Shown: in pieces, positions 8,250-19,685 of the stretch
How the letters are laid out: every line of letters starts with the position of its first letter
How positions within the stretch are numbered: the first letter of the stretch is position 1
Source: Myxococcota bacterium
GTDB taxonomy: Bacteria > Myxococcota_A > Polyangia > Nannocystales > Nannocystaceae
DNA: 64,000 nucleotides
NCBI GenBank assembly: GCA_039028615.1
Contig: JBCCHT010000037.1
Location: 32,001 to 96,000, forward strand
Direction of reading: 5' to 3'
Notes under the pieces: model-generated
What the model was told of the DNA's origin: nothing
Seen by the model: only the letters and a program-made list of their open reading frames with translations
Database searches by the model: none
Translations under genes and position numbers: made by a program

Positions 8250-10787
8250 ATGGTCGAGGCTTCCCTGGCGCGCACCCGGATCGACGACGCCCGAGCGCGC
8301 CTGCGCGAGCGACTCGCCACCGAGCGTGACGGCACGGCGCTGCTGGCCGACTACTCGTCGGCGGTCGAGCGCACGGTGGCGGAGCTGGCGGGCGAAGCGT
8401 TGACCGACGTGTCACCCCAGGCGGGCCGGCTAGTGCTGCTGGCGGTGGGAGCGTTGGCCCGGGCCGAGCTCGGACCCCATAGCGACCTCGACCTGGTGCT
8501 GCTGACCGCGCGCGAGGACGACCCCGAGTCGGTGATCGACGAGGTGGTGCGCCGAGTCTCCCATCCGCTGTGGGACGCGGGGCTGCGGGCGAACGTCCTG
8601 GTGCACACGCCGGACGCTTGGTTGGCGGGCGCGGCCGACGACCTGACCTTGTGTACCGAGCTGCTCGACGCCCGCCCGGTGGCGGGGGCGGAGGCGCTGT
8701 CGAGCGAGCTGCGCGAGCAGGCGCAGCGGCGCTTTTTCGGCGATGCGCGGGCGACCTTCCTGCAGCGCATCGAAGAAGAGAACCGAGAACGTCACGCGCG
8801 CTACGGCAGCACGGTCCACCTCGTGGAGCCCGATCTCAAGCAAGGTCCGGGTGGGTTTCGCGATTGGTCGGCGACCCGCTGGTGCCTACTGGCGACCCAC
8901 GGCACGGCCGACTTCGCTGTGCTGCAAGAGCAGGGGCATGTGGGACCGCGCCTGGCCGCGCTGCTGGAGGCGGCCTTGCGCTCGCTTTTGTGGCTGCGGG
9001 CGGCGCTGCAGCTGTCCGCCAAGCGAGGCCAAGACCGCCTGGTGTTCCAGTATCAGGAACTCATCCCGCCGCTCGTGGGGCTCTTGCCCGCCGAGCCCGT
9101 CGAGGATGCACAGCTGGTCTCGGCCATCGAGGAGGCCATGCAGATCTACTTCCGGGCGGCGCACGACATGCATCGCTACGGGGCGCGGGTGCGGGCGCGG
9201 TGCCAGCCCGCTCGCTTGGCTCCGCTGGCCGAGCCGCGGCGCCTCGACGAACGCTTTGCCGTGTCCGACGGGCAGCTGGTGCTCACCGACCCCGACGCCT
9301 TCCTCGAGTCGCCCGTGCTCGCTCTCGAGGCGCTGGCGTTGTCGCGCAGCCACGATGTCGAGCTTTCGGGGGAGACCTTCGACGCCATCGCCGAGGCGGC
9401 GGGCACCCCGGCCAGCACGCGGCTCGAGCACGAACCCGAAGCCCAGCGGCGCCTGCTCGATCTATTGGTCGAGCCCGAGGACATGGGGCGCCCGTCGGCG
9501 CTGGACCTGTGCAACGAGCTGCGGCTGATCGAGCGCTGCGTGCCGGAGTGGGGGCCGATTCGCGGCCGCATGCAGCACGACACCTATCACGTGTACACGG
9601 TCGATCGGCACACGCTCAACGCGGTGGGCATGCTCAAGCGCATCGCTCGGGGCGAGCACAACAAGGACTACCCGCTGGCCACCGCGCTGCACCTGGGTAT
9701 CGACGACCCGACGGTGCTCTACCTTTCGACGCTGGTGCACGACGCGGGCAAGGCCGAGGAGGGGGACCAGTGCGAGACGGGTGGGGTCATCGCCCGACGC
9801 GTGGCCGAGCGAGCCGGCTTCGGCCCGGCCGAGGTCGACCGCTGCGCGATGCTGGTGGCCGAGCACCTGTCGATGCCGCTGCTGAGCCAGAAACGGGACC
9901 TGAGCGACCCGCTGCTCATCGCGGAGTTCGGCGATCGCATCGCCGACCGTCGCACCCTGGCCGAGCTGTACCTGTTGTCGTTGGTCGACATGGCGAGCGT
10001 GCGCCCCGGCAATCTCAACTCGTGGAAGCTGACCCTGCTCGACGAGCTGTACCTGCTCACCTGTGCGTACTTGCGGCGCGGCAATCGGCGGCAGAGCGTC
10101 ACCCGCATCGCGCGGCCCGACGAGCCCGAGGGCATGCCCGATCGCTACTACAGCCTCTACGAGCGGGAGCTGCGGACGGGGCACTTCGCGCTGGCCGAGC
10201 GGCTGCACAGCGAGCAGCGACGAGTCTTGCTCGAGCTGACCCCGGCCTCGGGCAGCCTCCGCCTGACCATGGTGGCGCGCGATCGGCCGGGACTGCTGGC
10301 CCATGCCGCCGCCGTGTTCGACGAGTTCGGCGTGGAGGTCCTGGCGGCCGATGTCTTTACCCAGCCGACCGCGCCCGCGGTGGCCATCGACATTTTCCGC
10401 GTCGCGCCGCGGGACCCCTCGGGCATGGGCCTTCGCCCCGACACGGTGGCCGACATGGAGCGCGCGCTCGAGCAAGAACCGGACTCGGCCGCCGACGATA
10501 CGCCCGCTCGTGCCCGACGGCCCTGGGACAGCGGCCCGCGGGTGCCCACCACCATCGCGTTCGGGCGCGACCCCTCGGGAGAGCGCTGCATCGTCGACGT
10601 GCAGGCAGCTGAAGGGGCGGGCGTGCTGCGCAAGATCACCCGGGCCTTTGCCGAAGAGGGCCACGAGATCCTGCTGGCCCGTTGCGATACCGAGGCGGAT
10701 CGAGTGAGCGATGTGTTCTATGTAGGGCCCATGGACGAAGCGGCGCAGGCTCGGCTCCGCGAGCGGCTCGAGCACGACCTGCGCTAG
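8250..10787 (+). CDS. glnD: [Protein-PII] uridylyltransferase / uridylyl-removing enzyme
   Basis: NTase motif ELGPHSDLDL, EPDLKQGPGGFRD, HD domain QHDTYHVYTVDRH...LVHDAGK, C-terminal ACT domains (DRPGLLA). Confidence 0.9.
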   Translation: MVEASLARTRIDDARARLRERLATERDGTALLADYSSAVERTVAELAGEALTDVSPQAGRLVLLAVGALARAELGPHSDLDLVLLTAREDDPESVIDEVVRRVSHPLWDAGLRANVLVHTPDAWLAGAADDLTLCTELLDARPVAGAEALSSELREQAQRRFFGDARATFLQRIEEENRERHARYGSTVHLVEPDLKQGPGGFRDWSATRWCLLATHGTADFAVLQEQGHVGPRLAALLEAALRSLLWLRAALQLSAKRGQDRLVFQYQELIPPLVGLLPAEPVEDAQLVSAIEEAMQIYFRAAHDMHRYGARVRARCQPARLAPLAEPRRLDERFAVSDGQLVLTDPDAFLESPVLALEALALSRSHDVELSGETFDAIAEAAGTPASTRLEHEPEAQRRLLDLLVEPEDMGRPSALDLCNELRLIERCVPEWGPIRGRMQHDTYHVYTVDRHTLNAVGMLKRIARGEHNKDYPLATALHLGIDDPTVLYLSTLVHDAGKAEEGDQCETGGVIARRVAERAGFGPAEVDRCAMLVAEHLSMPLLSQKRDLSDPLLIAEFGDRIADRRTLAELYLLSLVDMASVRPGNLNSWKLTLLDELYLLTCAYLRRGNRRQSVTRIARPDEPEGMPDRYYSLYERELRTGHFALAERLHSEQRRVLLELTPASGSLRLTMVARDRPGLLAHAAAVFDEFGVEVLAADVFTQPTAPAVAIDIFRVAPRDPSGMGLRPDTVADMERALEQEPDSAADDTPARARRPWDSGPRVPTTIAFGRDPSGERCIVDVQAAEGAGVLRKITRAFAEEGHEILLARCDTEADRVSDVFYVGPMDEAAQARLRERLEHDLR

Positions 10788-10842
10788 TGGAAACCCGCTT
10801 CGGGTGTGGCATCCGGTCCACAGCCGCTCTAGCATCAACGCC

Positions 10843-11904
10843 GTGAAGCCCGTGCGCGCACTCGTGGTTCTGACGCTGGCCCTGGCCGGAGCGTGTGGCC
10901 CCCAGCAGCCATCCAACCCACCGGGTGAAGAGAGCGCGGCGCCGGCCGATCCCATCGATCGCGCCCATCAGCTGATGGAGGAGGGCAAGCCGGCCGAGGC
11001 TCAGGCGGTCGTCGAAGAGGCGCTGGCGGAAAGCCCCGACGACGCCGAGCTGTGGTTCAGCAAGGGCGTCGCCCAGCGGGCGCAAGATCAACCGGATGCC
11101 GCGGTGGAGTCGTGGGAAAAGGCCATCGAGCTCAATCCCGAGCTGGTGGCGCCGCGCCATGGCCTCGCGGCGCTGCGGCTCGAGGCGGGCGACTTCGCGG
11201 CCGCGGTGGATGCCTACGCTGAGATTCTCCAGATCGAGCCCGACTTCAAGGACGCGCACTACAACCTGGGGCTCGCGTTGCTGGGCATGGGCGAGACCGA
11301 CAAGGCCCGGGGCGCGCTGCAAAACGCCCTGCGCCTCGACCCCGAGGATCCCGATGTGGCGGCGGAGCTCGGTCGCATCTATGCGCTCGAAGGCAAGCTG
11401 AAGGAGGCGGTCGAGCTCATCGGCCCGGCCGCGGCCAAGGCCACCGACGACGCGGCGATCCAGGCGACCTACGGGTGGCTGCTCGAGCGGCTCAAGCGCT
11501 TCGAGGAAGCGGCCACGCACTTCGAGCGTGCGGTCCAGCTGATGCCCGAAGACGACGACGCACGGCAGGGCCTCGCCCGCTCGTGGATGCGCATGGGCAA
11601 GGTCGAGGAAGCGGCGGCGGAGCTCGAGGGCGTCGCCCAGCGTCGGCCCGATGATCCCAGCGTGTGGCTGGCGTTGGGCAGCGCGTGGGGGAAATTGGGG
11701 CGCAACGACGATGCGGTCACCGCCTTCGACAAGGCGATCGAGCTGGCCCCCACCATGCAGTCGGCCCACGTGCAGAAGATCGGGGCGCTGGTGCTGGCCG
11801 ATCGCTGCAAGGAGGCCAAGCAGGCCCACAAGAAGCTGAAGAAGCAGGGGCCGAGCGACCGCGCCAAGCGGGCGGTCAAAAATGCGATGAAGCCCTGCGG
11901 GTGA
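10843..11904 (+). CDS. TPR-repeat lipoprotein
   Basis: Signal VKPVRALVVLTLALAGAC followed by many TPR units (e.g. KAIELNP, AHYNLGLAL, ALRLDP). Confidence 0.85.
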   Translation: MKPVRALVVLTLALAGACGPQQPSNPPGEESAAPADPIDRAHQLMEEGKPAEAQAVVEEALAESPDDAELWFSKGVAQRAQDQPDAAVESWEKAIELNPELVAPRHGLAALRLEAGDFAAAVDAYAEILQIEPDFKDAHYNLGLALLGMGETDKARGALQNALRLDPEDPDVAAELGRIYALEGKLKEAVELIGPAAAKATDDAAIQATYGWLLERLKRFEEAATHFERAVQLMPEDDDARQGLARSWMRMGKVEEAAAELEGVAQRRPDDPSVWLALGSAWGKLGRNDDAVTAFDKAIELAPTMQSAHVQKIGALVLADRCKEAKQAHKKLKKQGPSDRAKRAVKNAMKPCG

Positions 11905-11922
11905 CCGAGGGCCGAGTGCTCG

Positions 11923-13251
11923 TCAGGGCAGGGTGAGCCCGCCCCCGACCAGCAAGGCCAGCGCGACCCACAGTGCCAGCGTCACCACCCCGGCAAGAAC
12001 CAGCGGCACGACCCGCGGGGCGGGCCGAGGCGCGGGCGAGCGCATGACGGCCGAACCCGCGGCCGCGATGGGCTGCGACGCGGACTCACTGGCGGCGTAG
12101 GACGACGCGACGGGGACGCGCGGATCGACCTCCAGCGCGGGGGAGGGGAGCACGTCCGGCAGGATGATCTCGCCGCTCGCCTGCGTGGGGACCGGGGTCG
12201 GTATGGCCGCCGATTCGGGGGAGGCCTCGGGCACGGCCACGGGCACTGGTTCGGTACCCACCGACGAGGGAGACGCGGGCGGAGGGTCGGTGTCCGCCAG
12301 CGAGGGGGACGACTCGCCCGCAGGCCGTAGCGCGTCCGTCAGGGCTCGCCGAGCCTCGCTCGCGTCGGTGTAGCGGTCTTCGGGGGCGTGCGCGGTCAAT
12401 CCTGCGACCACGGCGGCGAGGGCCGGGGGCACGTGGTCGTCCATGGGAGGCACGGACGCGGTGATTCGCCGATGCACGAGGGCGAGCACGTCGTCGCCGT
12501 CGAAGGCCGGCGTACCCATGAGCATCTCGTAGAGGATGAGCCCGGTGGAGTACAGGTCGGAGCGCAGCGTGGCGTCGTCGCCCCGTGCTTGCTCCGGGCT
12601 CATGTACTGCGGGGTCCCGAAGATCGTACCCACCGTGGTGAGGCGCTTTTTGTCGTTGGGCATCCGGGCCTTGGCGATGCCGAAGTCGAGCAGCTTCACG
12701 ACCCAGGGCTCGCCGTCGCCGCGCACGACCAGGACGTTCTCCGGCTTCACGTCGCGATGCACGATGCCCCAGCTGTGCGCGTGGTGGAGAGCATCGAGCA
12801 GCTGATCGGCGATGGAGACCGCGACCTCGGGGGTGAGGCGGTTGCCCAGGGCGCTGCACAGCTCGACGCCCTCGACCAGCGGCATGACGAAGTAGCTGAG
12901 CTCCTCGTCCTCGTCGACGTCGGTGATGGCGACACAGCCGATGTGCTCGAGCTTGGAGGCCATGAGAGCCTCGCGTTCGAAGCGGCTGCGGATGTTGGGG
13001 TTGCAGCCGAGCTCCTCGTGCAGGATTTTGATGGCGACCGCCTTGTTCAGGGCGATGCGGGTGCCTCGGAACACGCCCCCGGTCATGCCGAAGCCCAGCG
13101 GCTTCTCCACCCGATAGCGACCGTTGAGCACGCGACCTTCGAGCTCGGCCGCCCACTCGTCGAGGGCCCCCTGGTCGTGCGCGGCCAAGACCGTGCGATT
13201 GGGCTTGCTCGGGGTCCGCTTCATCGGCTCGGCCGCACGAGCGCGCACCAT
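11923..13251 (-). CDS. Hanks-type Ser/Thr protein kinase with Pro-rich linker and C-terminal TM helix
   Basis: VAIKIL, HRDVKPEN, LLDFGIAK, GTPQYMSPEQ, SDLYSTG. Start uncertain; in-frame ATGs also at 13389 and 13395. Confidence 0.9.
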   Translation of the reverse strand: MVRARAAEPMKRTPSKPNRTVLAAHDQGALDEWAAELEGRVLNGRYRVEKPLGFGMTGGVFRGTRIALNKAVAIKILHEELGCNPNIRSRFEREALMASKLEHIGCVAITDVDEDEELSYFVMPLVEGVELCSALGNRLTPEVAVSIADQLLDALHHAHSWGIVHRDVKPENVLVVRGDGEPWVVKLLDFGIAKARMPNDKKRLTTVGTIFGTPQYMSPEQARGDDATLRSDLYSTGLILYEMLMGTPAFDGDDVLALVHRRITASVPPMDDHVPPALAAVVAGLTAHAPEDRYTDASEARRALTDALRPAGESSPSLADTDPPPASPSSVGTEPVPVAVPEASPESAAIPTPVPTQASGEIILPDVLPSPALEVDPRVPVASSYAASESASQPIAAAGSAVMRSPAPRPAPRVVPLVLAGVVTLALWVALALLVGGGLTLP

Positions 13252-13410
13252 GGGCCCCGAGGGCGGCCGGGATGTGCGGGCAGGCGGGCGTCGCGGGGCG
13301 GCCCGTAGCTCCTTCGAGGTGCTTCGCAGGGCCCCAGAGCCCACGGGAAGGGTCTGCAGGCGAGGAGGGCGGTCGGTGAGTGGAGCCATGGTCATTGCCG
13401 TGGTGGCCGG

Positions 13411-13477
13411 GAAAAGAGGGAGACCCGGGCTGCAGTCGGGTACGGACTGTGGGAACGAACTGCAGCCACGGGTCTCC
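13411..13477 (-). terminator. Long hairpin followed by CTCTTTT (terminator- or attenuator-like)
   Basis: 13419-13436 GGAGACCCGGGCTGCAGT pairs with 13459-13477 ACTGCAGCC-A-CGGGTCTCC (18 bp, 1 bulge); U-rich tail on the minus strand. Confidence 0.5.
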
Positions 13478-13889
13478 AAAGAGAACCGGCTTGGGTCTCG
13501 ATAAGCCAGGCCAAGGAGCGCACCACGCCTCGGGAGGGAGTGCGGATCTCCATGTTTGGTTGGAAATTAGCCTCGGTTCGAGGGGAGGCCGGGAAGCGAA
13601 TTTTCGATCCCTCGAACCTCGACGTCATGCGTGGTGCTGAAAAATGTGTACGTTGGTGCTCCCAAGTATGTCAAGCATGTGGGGTTGGTTGCATGAATTC
13701 TATAATTTTCGAGAGCGCGATTCGTAGGACTCGAAGCGGCCCATACAGGGGCTCGGGCTGCCTCGGAGGCGGGGCTGACCTGGACTCAGTAGCCCGCGGG
13801 TAGTCCTTGAATACGGTGTTATTTCGAGAATCCTCCGTCCGGTTGGGGTCCTCGCTCGTCCTTTCCCCTACGGGCTGTTTCGACCGGAG

Positions 13890-13929
13890 TTCAATTGTTG
13901 AATTGTGCAGTTGTTCAATTCTTCAATTG
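13890..13929. repeat. Tandem array of five degenerate 8-mers, consensus TTCAATTG
   Basis: TTCAATTG TTGAATTG TGCAGTTG TTCAATTC TTCAATTG. Confidence 0.8.
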
Positions 13930-14415
13930 GCGATCGGATTGTGTCGACTTTTGTCGCTGTCAGAGTGTGATTTCCGTCGCGGTGGCATGCGCCCCGTGCC
14001 CGGTGATCTGCGGCCCCGCGGGTGGGTCCGATCGGGAGTGAGCCCGTCGTCGGGGGCGAGGGTCGACGCGATGTGCCAGCGGTTCGATTGACCGCTCGAT
14101 CGAACGCGTCGCCATCCGCCCCGAGGTCGCCTCGCGTGGTCCGGGGTCGGAGCGTCGGCCCCCGGTGTGCCGAGCGCCGGAGGGGTCGTCGCGGGGCCGG
14201 GCTTCACGCGACACGTCTGGACCTGCGCGAGTCCCGACCCGGGAGATCGCGCCCGGAGGGTGGCGCACCCACCGCAACCGCCGAAACCGCGCCGCAGGCC
14301 CAAGAGCGTTGCGAGCGCCATTTGGCGACCACAGGCCCTACGAGGACCGTCGGCGGACGCACGTCGACGGGGGTTCTCGCGCGCGCCGTCGCCCCTATAC
14401 TTCCGCAAATTCACG

Positions 14416-15894
<1,479 letters not shown>

Positions 15895-15896
15895 AC

Positions 15897-17447
15897 GTGA
15901 CCGCCGCGCACGAGACCCTCATCGTCATCGACTTCGGATCCCAAGTCACCCAGCTCATCGCCCGCCGAGTGCGTGAGCAGGGGGTCTACGCCGAGATTCT
16001 GCCCTGCGACGCCCCGCTGTCGCGCATCGCCGACAAAAAGCCCAAGGGCATCATCCTCAGCGGCGGGCCTTCGTCCATCTTCGACGAGGGGGCACCGCGG
16101 GTCGACGAGGGCGTGTTCGAGCTGGGCGTGCCCGTGCTCGGGATTTGTTACGGCCTGTACATGCTGGTCGACGCGCTGGGCGGCAACGTCGAGCCTTCGG
16201 ACTCGCACGAGTACGGGGCGGCCGACGTCGAGGTGCTGAAGGCCGTGGGCCCCTTGGCGCCGCTGGCCGCGGGCAGCTCCGAGCGGGTGTGGATGTCGCA
16301 CGGCGACCAGGTCACCGCGCTACCGGGTGGGTTCGAGACGGTGGGGCGGTCGAAGAACTGCCCCCACGCGGCGATCGTGAACGCGGAGCGCCGCTTTTGG
16401 GGCGTGCAGTTCCATCCCGAGGTCGTCCACACCCCGCGCGGGGCCGAGATCCTCGGGGCCTTCGTCGACCAGTGTGGCTTCGCCCGCGACTGGAGCATGT
16501 CCCGCTTCGTCGAGGAGGCGGTCGCTCGCATTCGCGAGCAGGTCGGCGACACGGGCAACGTGCTGTGCGGGCTGTCCGGGGGGGTCGACTCCTCGGTGGC
16601 GGCGATGCTCGTGGAGAAGGCGGTCGGAGACCGGCTGCGCTGCGTGTTCGTCGACAACGGCCTGTGCCGCAAGGACGAGCGGGCCGAGGTCGAGCGCATG
16701 TTCGAGGGACGCCTGGCCAACCCGCTGGTGGCGGCCGACGGCAGCCAGCGCTTCCTGGATGCCCTGGCGGGCGTCTCCGACCCCGAGGTCAAGCGCAAGC
16801 GCATCGGCGCCACCTTCATCGACGTGTTCGACGAGGAGGCCAAGAAGCTGGGCGGGGCCGACTTCCTCGTGCAGGGCACCCTGTATCCCGACGTCATCGA
16901 GAGCGTGTCGTTCAAGGGCCCGTCGGCGACCATCAAGACCCATCACAACGTGGGCGGCCTGCCCGAGCGCATGAAGATGGACGTGGTCGAGCCGCTGCGC
17001 GAGCTGTTCAAGGACGAGGTGCGGCGCCTGGGGCTGTCGCTCGGCCTGCCCGAGGACATGATCTGGCGTCATCCCTTCCCGGGGCCCGGCCTGGCCGTGC
17101 GCGTGCTGGGCGAGGTGACCAAGGAGCGCTGCGACCTGCTGCGCGAGGCGGACGCGATCATCATCGAGGAGATCCGCGAGGCCGGCCTCTACCGTCAGCT
17201 GTGGCAGGTCTTCGGCGTGCTGCTGCCCGTCAAGAGCGTGGGGGTCATGGGCGACGGCCGGACCTACGAAAACGCCCTGGCCGTGCGCGCGGTGGAGAGC
17301 ACCGATGCCATGACCGCCGACTGGGCGCGGCTGCCCTACGACGTGCTCGGCAAGATTTCCAACCGGATCATCAACGAGGTCCGGGGCATCAACCGCGTCT
17401 GCTACGACATCAGCAGCAAGCCGCCGGCCACCATCGAGTGGGAGTAG
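15897..17447 (+). CDS. guaA: GMP synthase (glutamine-hydrolysing)
   Basis: [43 protein letters not shown] start 2 nt after the guaB stop. Confidence 0.98.
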   Translation: MTAAHETLIVIDFGSQVTQLIARRVREQGVYAEILPCDAPLSRIADKKPKGIILSGGPSSIFDEGAPRVDEGVFELGVPVLGICYGLYMLVDALGGNVEPSDSHEYGAADVEVLKAVGPLAPLAAGSSERVWMSHGDQVTALPGGFETVGRSKNCPHAAIVNAERRFWGVQFHPEVVHTPRGAEILGAFVDQCGFARDWSMSRFVEEAVARIREQVGDTGNVLCGLSGGVDSSVAAMLVEKAVGDRLRCVFVDNGLCRKDERAEVERMFEGRLANPLVAADGSQRFLDALAGVSDPEVKRKRIGATFIDVFDEEAKKLGGADFLVQGTLYPDVIESVSFKGPSATIKTHHNVGGLPERMKMDVVEPLRELFKDEVRRLGLSLGLPEDMIWRHPFPGPGLAVRVLGEVTKERCDLLREADAIIIEEIREAGLYRQLWQVFGVLLPVKSVGVMGDGRTYENALAVRAVESTDAMTADWARLPYDVLGKISNRIINEVRGINRVCYDISSKPPATIEWE

Positions 17448-17451
17448 CGCG

Positions 17452-18540
17452 ATGGCCCGGGTTCGTCACGACGATGCCGAGCCCGGCGGCGGCAGCAACA
17501 AGGCGGCCGCCGAGCGCCAGCTCGTCGACGGTCAGGCGGCGCCCGGCGACGTCGAGTCGGCGCCCGGTATTCGCCCGCAGCGCTTCTCCGAGTACATCGG
17601 CCAGACCGAGCTGAAGAAGAAGCTCGAGGTCTTCGTGGCCGCCGCCAAGCAGCGTGGCGAGCCGCTGGACCACACGCTGCTGCACGGGCCGCCCGGGCTC
17701 GGCAAGACCACGATGGCGCAGATCCTGGCCACCGAGCTCGGGGTCCAGATCCACATCAGCTCGGGGCCCGCCATCGAGCACAAGGGCGTGCTCGCCGGGC
17801 ACCTCACCGCGCTCGGTGAGGGCGACGTGCTGTTCATCGACGAGATCCATCGCCTCACCCCCGCGGTCGAGGAGAGCATGTACTCGGCGATGGAGGACGG
17901 GCGCATCGACCTGCCCGTGGGGGAGGGCAGCCGCGCGCGGACCATGCCCTTCAACCTCGCGCCCTTCACCCTGGTGGGGGCGACGACGCGAACCGGCCTG
18001 CTCTCGGCGCCGCTGCGTGAGCGCTTCCAGATCATCGAGGGCATCGAGTTCTACTCCGACGCCGAGCTGGCGCAGATCGTCCAGCGCACCGCGAAGCTCC
18101 TGGGCATGCCGGCCACGTCTGCGGGCGCCAAGGAGATCGGCCGGCGCAGCCGCGGCACGCCCCGTATCGCCAACCGCATCACGCGACGGGTCCGGGACTT
18201 CGCCCAGGTGCGCGGCCGCGAGGGCATCGACGCCGAGGACGCCGAGTATGCGCTCCAGCAGCTCGGCATCGACCGGGCGGGGCTCGACTCCATCGACCGG
18301 CGCATCCTCGGCGCCATCATGGGGCAGTTCGACGGCGGCCCGGTGGGTATCGACGCCCTGGCCGCCACGCTGAGCGAGCCTCGCGACACCCTCGAGGACG
18401 TCTACGAGCCCTTCCTGCTCCAGCGCGGGTTCCTGGTGCGGACGCCTCGGGGCCGCATGGTCACGAGGAAGGCCCGCAATCACATCGGGCGCGACGCCAA
18501 AGACCCCGAGGACGACTCCCAGGGCTCGCTCGACCTCTGA
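17452..18540 (+). CDS. ruvB: Holliday junction branch migration helicase RuvB
   Basis: RPQRFSEYIGQ, GPPGLGKTT, LFIDEIHRL, GATTRTGLL, RGTPRIA, YEPFLLQ..RTPRGR. Confidence 0.97.
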   Translation: MARVRHDDAEPGGGSNKAAAERQLVDGQAAPGDVESAPGIRPQRFSEYIGQTELKKKLEVFVAAAKQRGEPLDHTLLHGPPGLGKTTMAQILATELGVQIHISSGPAIEHKGVLAGHLTALGEGDVLFIDEIHRLTPAVEESMYSAMEDGRIDLPVGEGSRARTMPFNLAPFTLVGATTRTGLLSAPLRERFQIIEGIEFYSDAELAQIVQRTAKLLGMPATSAGAKEIGRRSRGTPRIANRITRRVRDFAQVRGREGIDAEDAEYALQQLGIDRAGLDSIDRRILGAIMGQFDGGPVGIDALAATLSEPRDTLEDVYEPFLLQRGFLVRTPRGRMVTRKARNHIGRDAKDPEDDSQGSLDL

Positions 18541-18581
18541 GTCCCGCGGGCAGCCACGGCGCGATCGGGTAGGATCGATCG

Positions 18582-19568
18582 ATGGTCCGCGCGGGACGGT
18601 GGGTGCTCTCGGTCTCGATGGTCTGGATGACCTCGAACGCCGCGCACGCGACGGAGGCGTGCTCGCCCGTGCGTGCTCGTCCCGCGCCTTCGGAGCCGGC
18701 CCTCCTGCAGGTGCCCCCCGATCTCGCGGTCTTGTGCCTGCCGGACCCGGTCGAGCTCGCGCCCGTGCTCGGAGTCGGCGAGCCGCTGCCGTTTTCGTGC
18801 GAGGGGCGGTGTCGCCTGAACGACGAGCCCGCGGAGGGCATCTACCGCATCGAAGCGGATGGCCAGCTGCGCCGTGTCGTGCGGCGGGAGCAGCTGTGGC
18901 ACACGATCGAGCCGGGAGACTCCGCTGTCCGCAAGCTGGCGCTCGGGCCCGCGGTGCCCATGGTCGCCCGGGCGGAGGCCGGGGAGTGTGTTGCGCTGCC
19001 CGAGGGCATGTCGCTGTCGGTCGGCGAGACCCATGTGGCCGTGTCGCAGGCCCACGCCGCGGTGCTGGAGGTCGTCGAGGGACGCACGGATGCGCCCGCC
19101 GCCCCGAAGCTCCGGCCGCAGCAGCCACGGTTCGAAGGCATCGCGTGCCGGGACCACGGGGTCTACCTGTGGGAGGGGCGGCCGAAGACCGGCCTGCTGC
19201 GTTGGCGGGTGCTCGCGTCCGACGGAACGACGGAAATCGTGGCCCCGTGGATCTCGCACGGACTGCAGCTCGCCGGGTTCGAGGAGGACGAGGCCAAGGC
19301 GGGCGAGCTCGTGATCGGGCGTCACTACGTGGTCGAAGCCCAGGCGATCACGCGCGACGGCCGAATCTCACCGCCGACCCGCATCGAGTTCGACCTACGG
19401 CAGACGGGCGAGGGCGACCCGGCCCCGGGTCAGTGGTCCTTCATCGTGTGGGCCGCGATGATGCTCGGCATTGCCTTGCTCGCACTGTTGGGGCTGGTCG
19501 GGGCGATCGCCCTGGTAGTGCTCGTCGTGATCCGATTGCGTGGCCGTCGATCGCGGACCCCTGGCTGA
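18582..19568 (+). CDS. Hypothetical exported protein with C-terminal TM anchor
   Basis: N-terminal signal-like segment, several Cys, long hydrophobic C-terminus followed by RLRGRRSR. Confidence 0.6.
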   Translation: MVRAGRWVLSVSMVWMTSNAAHATEACSPVRARPAPSEPALLQVPPDLAVLCLPDPVELAPVLGVGEPLPFSCEGRCRLNDEPAEGIYRIEADGQLRRVVRREQLWHTIEPGDSAVRKLALGPAVPMVARAEAGECVALPEGMSLSVGETHVAVSQAHAAVLEVVEGRTDAPAAPKLRPQQPRFEGIACRDHGVYLWEGRPKTGLLRWRVLASDGTTEIVAPWISHGLQLAGFEEDEAKAGELVIGRHYVVEAQAITRDGRISPPTRIEFDLRQTGEGDPAPGQWSFIVWAAMMLGIALLALLGLVGAIALVVLVVIRLRGRRSRTPG

Positions 19569-19596
19569 AGCCGCGACCGTCGGGCCTTCGAAACGG

Positions 19597-19633
19597 AAAA
19601 CGGCCGCCTCGGTTGTCCGAGGGCGGCCGCTTT
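19597..19633. terminator. Probable bidirectional intrinsic terminator between convergent genes
   Basis: AAAA-CGGCCGCCTCGG-TTGT-CCGAGGGCGGCCG-CTTT. Confidence 0.7.
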
Positions 19634-19685
19634 GCCGTGGGCCGGGGTGGTGGTGTCGGCCCGAAGGGTGAAAAAGTGAGAGGGT

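Noticed and set aside
13411..13510. Resemblance to RNase P RNA ends (GAGGGAGACCCGGGCT; AGAACCGGCTT)
   Set aside because: The GAGGAAAGTCC motif is not matched and the two segments are only about 60 nt apart, far too short for rnpB.
13440..13980. Replication origin or dif site
   Set aside because: No convincing TTATCCACA boxes or XerC/D arms, and no dnaA or par genes nearby.
13392..14415. Short ORFs in the kinase-guaB intergenic region and the N-terminal extension of the guaB ORF from 14167
   Set aside because: No recognisable motifs and poor coding character; IMPDH homology begins at 14416.
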